Virus record (IMG/VR): IMGVR_UViG_3300021513_000001
Span: 1 to 64,000 of that record
Length of the DNA stretch: 64,000 bases
Strand: one strand, 5' to 3'
Origin: a virus
Shown one piece after another: positions 19,946-27,956 of the stretch. Every line of letters starts with the position of its first letter. Positions within the stretch are counted from its first letter, which is position 1. Position numbers and translations under genes: made by a program. Under the pieces are notes generated by a model. It ran no database searches. It was not told where the DNA came from and worked only from the letters and a program-made list of their open reading frames with translations.

Positions 19946-20049
19946 TAACAAGGTGTTTTTATTAACCTGTTACTAGTGCTTTTTTATTAACTTGTGTTAA
20001 CAAATGCACCGTTCTCCTTTCTTAAAGTGATATGGTCATTTCAAAAAAC
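19946..20049 (-). promoter_or_regulatory. conserved SD-hairpin leader element, copy 2 (with a second hairpin)
   Basis: Core 19977-20019; extra stem-loop 19946-19972; 9 nt to ATG 19936. Confidence 0.8.
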
Positions 20050-20088
20050 AAACAACAAACAAATACTAATACATCAAATCTACTTTAC

Positions 20089-20424
20089 TTATACTAAATC
20101 TACATCATTAACTACTATGTCTGTCCAATACTTTTTTATAACACTATTACAATCTGGACAATTACTGTCATAACTACTAATTCTTAAATCACCCTCCATT
20201 CTAACAAGAACATCTTCTGGAATTTCTGCTACTGTTTCTGCCAAATCTTCCCATACTATAAAATTATAAAATTTATGTTTCTTATCTCCATCTCTTGTCA
20301 AAAAAGGAATAGCAATTTTACCTTTAGTATAGGGGTTTCCTTTTTTAGTATAATTTAAATTTGATTCTACTATTTTCCCAACCATCGTTACAGTAAGGTA
20401 TCCTTCTTGTTTTTCTTCGGACAT
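20089..20424 (-). CDS. ssb: single-stranded DNA-binding protein (OB fold)
   Basis: VTMVGKI, FYNFIVWEDLAE, VRMEGDLRISSY and YWTDIVV pattern; GGAGG SD. Confidence 0.8.
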   Translation of the reverse strand: MSEEKQEGYLTVTMVGKIVESNLNYTKKGNPYTKGKIAIPFLTRDGDKKHKFYNFIVWEDLAETVAEIPEDVLVRMEGDLRISSYDSNCPDCNSVIKKYWTDIVVNDVDLV

Positions 20425-20465
20425 AAATTTATTCCTCCATTTTTTTATTTCTATACTAAATTATA

Positions 20466-20481
20466 TGCAACATCCATACCA
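20466..20481 (-). promoter_or_regulatory. sigma54-type promoter TGGTATGGATGTTGCA
   Basis: GG-N10-GC; intergenic, upstream of ssb. Confidence 0.65.
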
Positions 20482-20495
20482 ACAAACAAATCATT

Positions 20496-21518
20496 TTATA
20501 TTAAAATATTTTTATTATTTTTCATATACTGATATAATAAACTATCCGCCTCCTCTTTTGTCAAATCTGCAGGATCAACATTAAAACTAGAAATAACAGG
20601 AATTAATGGTAACAATAAACCATATTTATTATTTGTTATTATTGTTCCTTGTATTCCTGCTGAATCTGGATCAAAAAACAAAACCACTTTTTTTAACGTG
20701 CGTATAAGAAGTTTAACTTGATTTGGTGTTAATAAAGAACCCATACAACAAACAACATTATCATATTGATATTCGTATAGCCTCCAAACAGCTTTAAATC
20801 CTTCAACAACTATAATATAATCGGATAAACTGTTTTTTGCATTGTTTAAATTATATAATATATCACCAGAAGCTATATTCCCAATAAGTAAATATTTTCT
20901 TTTTTTAATACCCTTTCTTGTATCTCTTGCACTATAACCAGCTAAAACATTATCACTATCATATATAGGAATTAATGCCCTGGTTACACCAAATTTGTCA
21001 ACATAACATTCTCCAGACACTCCAAAAAAATCTAAAGTATCTTTACTAAACGGTCCACCACCTATAGGTGGTGAATTTAAAAAATAACTACAGGGTTTAG
21101 TATCTAATTTTATATTTTTAATATTATAATCTTTTTTTGTTAATCCTTTTAAATAACTTAAAAACAAAGCATCTTTTTTACCATCATCACTAAGATTTCC
21201 GTCAAAAAAAACAGACTTATCAATTACAAATTCCGCACAAAACAAATTAACAGCTTCATTAAAAGAACATTTAAACACAGCTCCAACTAAATCAAAAAAA
21301 GACGACCCGTATATTTCATTACATTTGTTAGAAAAACATCTCCAAATAAGAGTATTTTTATATAAACAAAAAGAATCTTTTCTATCTCCACCATGAACTA
21401 TACAAGGAGCACGAAGAGACGAAGAATCACTAGTTATATTAGAAAACCCTAACCAGCTTAAAACCCTATCATACCCAATACTGCTAACAACAGTAGATAA
21501 ATTAATATAATTTACCAT
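20496..21518 (-). CDS. dnaG: DNA primase (CHC2 Zn finger + TOPRIM)
   Basis: CIVH...WRCFSNKC; YSAR; VVEG; FDPDSAG; DPAD. Confidence 0.88.
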   Translation of the reverse strand: MVNYINLSTVVSSIGYDRVLSWLGFSNITSDSSSLRAPCIVHGGDRKDSFCLYKNTLIWRCFSNKCNEIYGSSFFDLVGAVFKCSFNEAVNLFCAEFVIDKSVFFDGNLSDDGKKDALFLSYLKGLTKKDYNIKNIKLDTKPCSYFLNSPPIGGGPFSKDTLDFFGVSGECYVDKFGVTRALIPIYDSDNVLAGYSARDTRKGIKKRKYLLIGNIASGDILYNLNNAKNSLSDYIIVVEGFKAVWRLYEYQYDNVVCCMGSLLTPNQVKLLIRTLKKVVLFFDPDSAGIQGTIITNNKYGLLLPLIPVISSFNVDPADLTKEEADSLLYQYMKNNKNILI

Positions 21519-23104
21519 AAATCTGCGACCTCTGATATTTTACTTGTATCTTTTTTTGGTTTTACATTTTCAATAAGAACATCTTTATTTTCTTCCATTT
21601 CTTCATCAAGTACTTCGTAATCTTTATAATCTATTAACTGTGTATCAGATTCTTGAATATTTAAAATTGATTTTCTAAAATGAACTCCAATACCCTCTGC
21701 TGGTGTTTCACCACCGCGTCTAGAATATTTAATTACAAATTTGTGTAACCCACCACAAAAACCTAATTTTTCTATTTCTTCTTTAGTTTTTTCTTCCAAT
21801 ATTATAACAACATCTGCATATCTAGCTATCCTATCACTATCAGCAATATCCCCACTACGCCCGCGTTGAACAGCAGCAAGTATTGGTATATTTAACATCC
21901 CAGATAAATCTTTTAACGCTATTGTAGTATTACCTAACAACTGGTATTCTTTAATTGTTGAAAAATCTTCTTGAGCGCCTGATTTAATATAATCAAATAT
22001 TACCAACCCTATATTATGTTTACTATGAAATTTTTTTATCAAAGAAGTAACAGCTTCCAAAGTAAATCCAGGCATATATTTATGAAAATATTTTCCTTTA
22101 TTTTCTTTTTCTTTTAAAACTTTAGCTGCTAAAATAACCAAATCTTTTTCTGAATCATTAAATTGACCTCTTTTTATTTTCTTTTCTGGTATTTTTGTAA
22201 GTCTAGATAATATACGTGAACAATTTTGTTCTGTTGACATTTCTGTATCTATATACAAAATTGGAATATCTAGTTTAAAAGCTACATGTAAAGCTATATT
22301 CATACAACAACAAGACTTTCCACCTTTTTTATAAGCAGCTATAACATTAAGTGTTCCATTTACAAGCCCATCAATTCTGTCATCAAGTATTGGAAATCCT
22401 GTAGATATTCCAAGCATATCAACTGGGTTGATTAACACTTTTTCTACATAAGAACCCATATTAGAAAAAATATTTTTAGGATCATCATCGGTACTATTAT
22501 GTTGCATTAAATCTAATATACCAAGCTCTACATCATTCACAAGATCGTCATAATTTACCCCGTGATTAGTCAAAACTTTTTTTACATTATCACTCTTATT
22601 ATCTAAATAAAATAATAACTTATTTTTTTTGCTTGTATTTAAAAATCTTTTTATATATAAATCTATATTAAAAAAATCAAAAGAATTTAATATATCATAC
22701 AAAGAATCAATTTGCAAATTAACATTTGCAGTATTTAATACACCAGAATCCTTACACTGTTGTACAATAAAATCATTTTTTTTAGAAATAACTACACTTA
22801 AAATTTCGTTTACTAATGTAAGTTTATCTATTGATTTAATCTCGTCCTTATAAATACTAAAACAAACTCTAAAAAGCAGCCTGTTAAATGGTATAAGAAA
22901 ATCTTCATCAGAAGCAATAGAAAGTATATTCATAAAATTATCATATGAATAAATACAATAAGCCAATATTACACGTTCTACAGTTATATCAGTGCTCAAT
23001 TTATTGAAATTCTCACAAGAATTATCTTGAGAATTTTGTTCTACAGTAAGGCACTTTGGGGCGAGCTCGTGTGAATTTTTTGATTGCTTGTTTAATTCAC
23101 TCAT
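21512..23104 (-). CDS. dnaB: replicative DNA helicase, DnaB family
   Basis: GISTGFPILD; Walker A AYKKGGKS; DTEM; IFDYIK; AVQ; ADSD. Confidence 0.9.
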   Translation of the reverse strand: MSELNKQSKNSHELAPKCLTVEQNSQDNSCENFNKLSTDITVERVILAYCIYSYDNFMNILSIASDEDFLIPFNRLLFRVCFSIYKDEIKSIDKLTLVNEILSVVISKKNDFIVQQCKDSGVLNTANVNLQIDSLYDILNSFDFFNIDLYIKRFLNTSKKNKLLFYLDNKSDNVKKVLTNHGVNYDDLVNDVELGILDLMQHNSTDDDPKNIFSNMGSYVEKVLINPVDMLGISTGFPILDDRIDGLVNGTLNVIAAYKKGGKSCCCMNIALHVAFKLDIPILYIDTEMSTEQNCSRILSRLTKIPEKKIKRGQFNDSEKDLVILAAKVLKEKENKGKYFHKYMPGFTLEAVTSLIKKFHSKHNIGLVIFDYIKSGAQEDFSTIKEYQLLGNTTIALKDLSGMLNIPILAAVQRGRSGDIADSDRIARYADVVIILEEKTKEEIEKLGFCGGLHKFVIKYSRRGGETPAEGIGVHFRKSILNIQESDTQLIDYKDYEVLDEEMEENKDVLIENVKPKKDTSKISEVADLW

Positions 23105-23571
23105 CTTGCTTTAAAACCAAGTTCTCTTTCTCTTCTAGTCAATTCTTTCTTTAAAGCATTAACATAAAATTCAAGATATTTATCAATATTATCAAGTAGA
23201 GCAAGCTCCACTAAAATATGATTCAATTTTTCATCTTTATCTGCCAACTCACTAGAAGACCCAAGAGCTAACATTCTTTTTTCAGCTTTTGTTCCTTTTA
23301 CTATATTATTTTTTGCTACAAAAGTTGCAATATCAACATCTATATCTCTTTCTAAAGCAGCCCTTTGTATTTTAAATTTGTTTATTTCTAAAGTTATATA
23401 AATTATATATTGCGACACCCCAACTATCATCTTTGTAATTTCTGTCTCTGGAACAGTATCGAGATCTCTAACGTTAAAAGAAAGAGCGTTATCTATAATT
23501 TCACTGCTCGGCTGAATTTTTCCTATTCCCGTTCTATTAAGAGAACCTTGTATTATCTTATTTATGTCCAT
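23101..23571 (-). CDS. helical protein, possible UvsY-like recombination mediator
   Basis: About 156-aa amphipathic coiled-coil located between the helicase and RecA genes; function inferred from size and context only. Confidence 0.4.
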   Translation of the reverse strand: MDINKIIQGSLNRTGIGKIQPSSEIIDNALSFNVRDLDTVPETEITKMIVGVSQYIIYITLEINKFKIQRAALERDIDVDIATFVAKNNIVKGTKAEKRMLALGSSSELADKDEKLNHILVELALLDNIDKYLEFYVNALKKELTRRERELGFKAR

Positions 23572-24388
23572 AATCAGAATCTCCACTAACAAAACATTTA
23601 AAACGTGGAAACATTAAACTTCCATCTTTTTTTACATCCTCTGCTTCAACCACTATTTTTTTACCCAACAACTTTTCTCTATTTTTCCAAAACTCTTTTC
23701 TTTGATAATACTTCATCCCACTAACTTTTTCTATAAGACCATTAAAATTAACAGAAAAAGAACCAAGAACCCCTGATTTTCTTCCAACACCCTCATTACA
23801 AGAAACAATACTTAAATTAAAAACTTTTGTTGGTTTTTTTTCAAACCATGTATTTTCTTTATCATACAATGAATAAAACTTCTTTAATATAATACTCTCA
23901 AACCCTTCTTCTAAACAGTATTTATAAAAATCCAAAATATCCTTCTTATCTTCTAACAAAACATGATAAGCCATACTTATAAAATCAGAACGAATTAAAG
24001 ATAAAACATCTAATAATCGGTTGTACCTTTTATATAGTGGTTCTTTTACAGCAATATCTGTAATTAACTCTTCAGAATAAATTGAATCAAATATATTATA
24101 TTTTAAACTTTCTTGGTTATTTAAATCAACAGTTGTTATTTCCCCATCAAACACTAAGCCTGTATTTCCAAAATATTTATCAAGAACTTCTGTTATCCTT
24201 GGAAAAATTAACTTTTTACCTTCTTCAGAAAAAAGAAAATAGTTGCCTTCTTCTGGAATAGCAACACATCTAACACCACCAAGCCTTGGATAAACTAAAA
24301 ATTTACCGCTAGGAATCTTTTTTATAAGAACGTAAGGTTTCACAACAAACCAATTATCTCCTATTTTAACAGTATTGTTTATAAACAT
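23558..24388 (-). CDS. ATP-dependent DNA ligase homologue with degenerate active site
   Basis: Recognisable motifs I (PRLGGVR), III (FDGEI), IIIa (IFD), IV (ESIILK) and VI (SLMFPRF) plus OB domain; KxDG reads RxGG. Confidence 0.8.
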   Translation of the reverse strand: MFINNTVKIGDNWFVVKPYVLIKKIPSGKFLVYPRLGGVRCVAIPEEGNYFLFSEEGKKLIFPRITEVLDKYFGNTGLVFDGEITTVDLNNQESLKYNIFDSIYSEELITDIAVKEPLYKRYNRLLDVLSLIRSDFISMAYHVLLEDKKDILDFYKYCLEEGFESIILKKFYSLYDKENTWFEKKPTKVFNLSIVSCNEGVGRKSGVLGSFSVNFNGLIEKVSGMKYYQRKEFWKNREKLLGKKIVVEAEDVKKDGSLMFPRFKCFVSGDSDYGHK

Positions 24389-24399
24389 ATCTCAAACTA

Positions 24400-24415
24400 T
24401 GCAAAAATTACACCA
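24400..24415 (-). promoter_or_regulatory. sigma54-type promoter TGGTGTAATTTTTGCA
   Basis: GG-N10-GC within a 32-nt intergenic gap; predicted start site falls 1-2 nt before ATG 24388. Confidence 0.55.
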
Positions 24416-24420
24416 CAAAA

Positions 24421-24651
24421 TTATTTAGCTTTATCAAAATCTAAATTTTCATTTTTATCTTTTATTTTGTTTCCCGTACATAAAAAATCATAAACAACTT
24501 CTCCTTCTGGAGATATAAACTCAACATATTTTGATATCATTCCTGTTTGTTTACATTTAAAACTTAAATCACAATACCTTTCATCACCAAGTATTGTTCC
24601 GTCTTTTAATGGTACAAACGAAGGACAGTCTTTAATTAACAATAGCCCCAT
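24421..24651 (-). CDS. hypothetical protein
   Basis: 76-aa ORF with 4 Cys. Confidence 0.6.
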   Translation of the reverse strand: MGLLLIKDCPSFVPLKDGTILGDERYCDLSFKCKQTGMISKYVEFISPEGEVVYDFLCTGNKIKDKNENLDFDKAK

Positions 24652-24991
24652 TTATTTTCTCCTTTACATATTCTGGTGATAGTTTTTTTAACTCGTTATA
24701 AAAAAATCTAACCAAAATATAATTATTATCAGTAGCATACACCTCTTTAATTTTATCTCTTATTTTTTGTCTATTAAACCCTACTATATCCCCATGATAG
24801 TGTTTAACAAACTTTACATGTTGTTCTCCATGGCACTCGACTAAAACATTTAATTCCTTAATAAAAAAATCATAAAAATATTTATTTTTATTAATATTTA
24901 CATAAAATTGAGATTCAATTTTAAAATACGGAAAACATCTTTTTAAACATTTAAACATTTTATCTTCAAAATAACTCATAGACCAATCCAA
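24632..24991 (-). CDS. Vsr/DUF559-like endonuclease
   Basis: FYDFFI...LVECHGEQH; RDKIK; LVRF. Confidence 0.75.
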   Translation of the reverse strand: MDWSMSYFEDKMFKCLKRCFPYFKIESQFYVNINKNKYFYDFFIKELNVLVECHGEQHVKFVKHYHGDIVGFNRQKIRDKIKEVYATDNNYILVRFFYNELKKLSPEYVKEKINGAIVN

Positions 24992-25009
24992 ATATCAAAT
25001 GTTGAAAAA

Positions 25010-26101
25010 TTAATCCGTTTTTTCAATATATGCAGGATTCAAATATTCATCTACAACTTTCTCATAATTATGATTTCTTATTCCAAACAAAAGAAGAACT
25101 TTATTCAATATATCATTAAGTAGTTTCCTATCTTCAACTAAAACATTACGAAGATTATCGAAACCTTGTGCTAATGATTTTCCATTATAAGAATACCAAG
25201 GGCCACCTACCTCTAGTACACCAATATCAACAGCTATAGTTATCAAATCTCTAATAATATCAAAGCCTTTACCAAAAATTAAATGTGTTTCAAAAGTAGT
25301 TCTTGGAGGAGCAAGTCTATTCTTTGTTATTGATATTTTTATCTTTTGCCCTATAATTCTACCGTCATTGTCTACTATATTATTACTCTTACTTTGTGTA
25401 CTAAAAAGCTTTATTTTACATGATGGGAAAAATTCTACTGCAAAACCGCCCGTTGTTTTTATTACAGGACCTCCTGGAGAATGCTGGCTAGCTGTAATAT
25501 CAACCCTTTGTTGATTTATTAAAATAAGAGTTGTGCTTGTATCTCGTAATAAAGCATTTATCTTTTGTAAAAACTTTCCAATTAAAACTGCCCTAGCTGC
25601 TATCTTAGAATTATCTGACAATGATTTAGATTCTTCAATTTCAGGAAGCAACGTAGCCAAACTATCTATAACTGCAACAGAAATCATATTAGATTTTATT
25701 AATGATTCACACCCTTCTAGCAAAACCTCTCCAATAGAATGTCTTTGATAAATTAATTTTTCTGGATTAATATGCATTCCTTTAAACAAAGATTCTTCTA
25801 TTGCACACTCAGCATCACAAAACAAAGACAATTTGTCCTCTTTCTGCACATACCTAGAGGTACTCATAGCTAAAGTTGTTTTACCTGATGAATAATTACC
25901 CGATATTTCATACATTCTTCCTGTTGCAAGACCTCCTATACCTGTTGCTAAATCTACCGCTAAACTTCCAGTGTGTCTAACATTATAAGACAAATTAAAA
26001 TCTTTAAGCCTACCAGCTACAGGTATTCCAATTTTTTTATTTAAAGCGCTTATTATTGCATCTACGTCTTGCACTTTATTAATAACTTTACTTTTAGCCA
26101 C
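25010..26101 (-). CDS. recA: RecA/UvsX recombinase
   Basis: TGSLAVDLATGIGG; GNYSSGKTT; DAE; VIDS; INQ; TTGG; KNR. Confidence 0.93.
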   Translation of the reverse strand: MAKSKVINKVQDVDAIISALNKKIGIPVAGRLKDFNLSYNVRHTGSLAVDLATGIGGLATGRMYEISGNYSSGKTTLAMSTSRYVQKEDKLSLFCDAECAIEESLFKGMHINPEKLIYQRHSIGEVLLEGCESLIKSNMISVAVIDSLATLLPEIEESKSLSDNSKIAARAVLIGKFLQKINALLRDTSTTLILINQQRVDITASQHSPGGPVIKTTGGFAVEFFPSCKIKLFSTQSKSNNIVDNDGRIIGQKIKISITKNRLAPPRTTFETHLIFGKGFDIIRDLITIAVDIGVLEVGGPWYSYNGKSLAQGFDNLRNVLVEDRKLLNDILNKVLLLFGIRNHNYEKVVDEYLNPAYIEKTD

Positions 26102-26624
26102 ATTTTTCTCCTAACATATCTACCAATTCAGATTTTATTTTTTCTAAATTTGGTTTTTTATATACAGCTCTTTCATATTCTACATATAAAGCTTTCCAAT
26201 CTTTTTCTGTATACCCTGTTCTTTTATTAATTTCATTTTCATCTAACGAAAGACATTTTTCTATTATCCAACTCCCTTTATTAGATGATAAAATTTTTAA
26301 TGAATCAAACCTATAATAAACACTAAAAAAATCAAGATTATCAAAAACCATATCAATAATTGTTTTACATTTAAATAAAGCTAATTTATCAGAAGCACTG
26401 CCATCATGAGACATTTGTTTTACAAACGTGTTTGCATATCCTATCTCTGCTTTCCATAAAATAGAAGAATAATCTATACCATAAAAAACACGGACCTTAC
26501 TAAAAAAATATTTTGTTAATTCTACACAATTTTTCGGTACATTTTCAATATTAAAAGGTTTATATATACAATACCCTCTTTTTTCTAAAAATTCAATACA
26601 AGTTTTTTCATCCAAAAACAACAT
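26094..26624 (-). CDS. hypothetical protein
   Basis: 176-aa ORF overlapping the recA start. Confidence 0.7.
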   Translation of the reverse strand: MLFLDEKTCIEFLEKRGYCIYKPFNIENVPKNCVELTKYFFSKVRVFYGIDYSSILWKAEIGYANTFVKQMSHDGSASDKLALFKCKTIIDMVFDNLDFFSVYYRFDSLKILSSNKGSWIIEKCLSLDENEINKRTGYTEKDWKALYVEYERAVYKKPNLEKIKSELVDMLGEKCG

Positions 26625-26647
26625 TAGTACTTATACCACCAATTAAT

Positions 26648-27739
26648 TTATTTAAGCAAAGCCATAAATGATAATTTAATTCCAGTATCATCACTAATTT
26701 TTATTATATTACCATCAAACTGTAAATTAATGTTTTCACCTTTAAACGATGAACACAGATTATATAAAAAAAGAGAATTTAAAAAAACATTAACGTTTAT
26801 TGCATTCTTGTTTAATGCCGTATCCAATTCTAAAGTTGAATCAAATCCATCAGAATTTATCTTCATCCTATTATTATTAATAGTAAGATTTACTTTATTA
26901 TCCTGCTTTCCTTTTGTATCAATATTTGCACCCCTAATAACATTTATAAAACTATTTCGATTAACATAAACACCAGAACCAACAAAATTTATTAAAGAAT
27001 CTAACGAAGGAAAAGCCAAATTTATTTTTGGAGAATAAATAACAACAGCACCAAAATCACACACAAAATAAGTAGAAGAATAACAAATATTAGCATTTTT
27101 ATCTAATAAAGAAGCGATATTAGAAATAGCTCTTGCAGTATTAGATGGAATTACAATAGAATGATCAGAAAACTGATCACTTTTTATAGTATATATACAA
27201 CATCTTACACCATCTGTTCCAGCCAATCTAAACATTTTATTTTTACTTTCAATAAGAACTCCTACGGTTTGAGCTGAATATTTTTCAGAATTATCAGCAC
27301 CTGTTGCGACAAAAGCCATCCCGTCTTTTGCAGTCGCTGGATCTATTGATGCTATTTTGTTAAAATTTTTAGCTCTTATTTTAGTTGTAGTCTTTTCAAT
27401 ATATTCCAAATAAAGATTATTTTTAATTTTATTTTTATTATTATTAACTATTTTAAAAACATTATCTTTTATTAACAAGGAACACGTGCCTTCTTTTCCA
27501 AAATTTTTAATATAACTTATATACTCTATAAATTTATTACAATCAATACAAATATCTATATTACTAGATGTATTTATAAGCGTATCTACAACCACTCTAA
27601 CTTTTTTTCCAGAAGCCATTAAAACTCTTCCATCTTTTGTATAAATATTCAACCAGTTTATATCTTTAGAAATATCAGAAAAACTAAGACATTTAGACAA
27701 TAATAACAAATTAGAAATAATGAAATCAAATTTAACCAT
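26648..27739 (-). CDS. dnaN: DNA polymerase III beta sliding clamp (divergent)
   Basis: 363 aa; GVLI...AGTDGVR; VIP; FP; N-x2-FL; C-terminal FMALLK, as in beta clamps. Confidence 0.8.
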   Translation of the reverse strand: MVKFDFIISNLLLLSKCLSFSDISKDINWLNIYTKDGRVLMASGKKVRVVVDTLINTSSNIDICIDCNKFIEYISYIKNFGKEGTCSLLIKDNVFKIVNNNKNKIKNNLYLEYIEKTTTKIRAKNFNKIASIDPATAKDGMAFVATGADNSEKYSAQTVGVLIESKNKMFRLAGTDGVRCCIYTIKSDQFSDHSIVIPSNTARAISNIASLLDKNANICYSSTYFVCDFGAVVIYSPKINLAFPSLDSLINFVGSGVYVNRNSFINVIRGANIDTKGKQDNKVNLTINNNRMKINSDGFDSTLELDTALNKNAINVNVFLNSLFLYNLCSSFKGENINLQFDGNIIKISDDTGIKLSFMALLK

Positions 27740-27747
27740 AAAACATC

Positions 27748-27793
27748 CAGTGCTTTTTTGCTAACTTATGTTAACAAATACACCACTCTCCTT
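27748..27793 (-). promoter_or_regulatory. conserved SD-hairpin leader element, copy 3
   Basis: Core 27751-27793; 8 nt from the stem base to ATG 27739. Confidence 0.8.
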
Positions 27794-27837
27794 TTTTTTT
27801 AATCAATAAAATAATAAATTTTTTTATAATTTATATA

Positions 27838-27853
27838 TGCAATATATGTGCCA
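27838..27853 (-). promoter_or_regulatory. sigma54-type promoter TGGCACATATATTGCA
   Basis: Exact TGGCAC-N5-TTGCA match at the head of the replication operon. Confidence 0.8.
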
Positions 27854-27956
27854 ATAACCATTAAACTCATTATATAGTTACTGAACAAAGAGTAGAAAGA
27901 AAATCAAAACTTAATTATCATACATTATTAATACAAATTAATACAAAAGGCGTGCC

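Noticed and set aside
19962-20009. Mini-ORF ending NKKALVTG, resembling an NAD-dependent epimerase N-terminus
   Set aside because: Only 15 codons, dictated by the hairpin sequence, with no downstream remnant
14585-27793. Leader repeats as a CRISPR array, MITE or REP family
   Set aside because: Copies are kilobases apart, with no spacers, terminal repeats or target duplications; each sits at a fixed distance from a start codon
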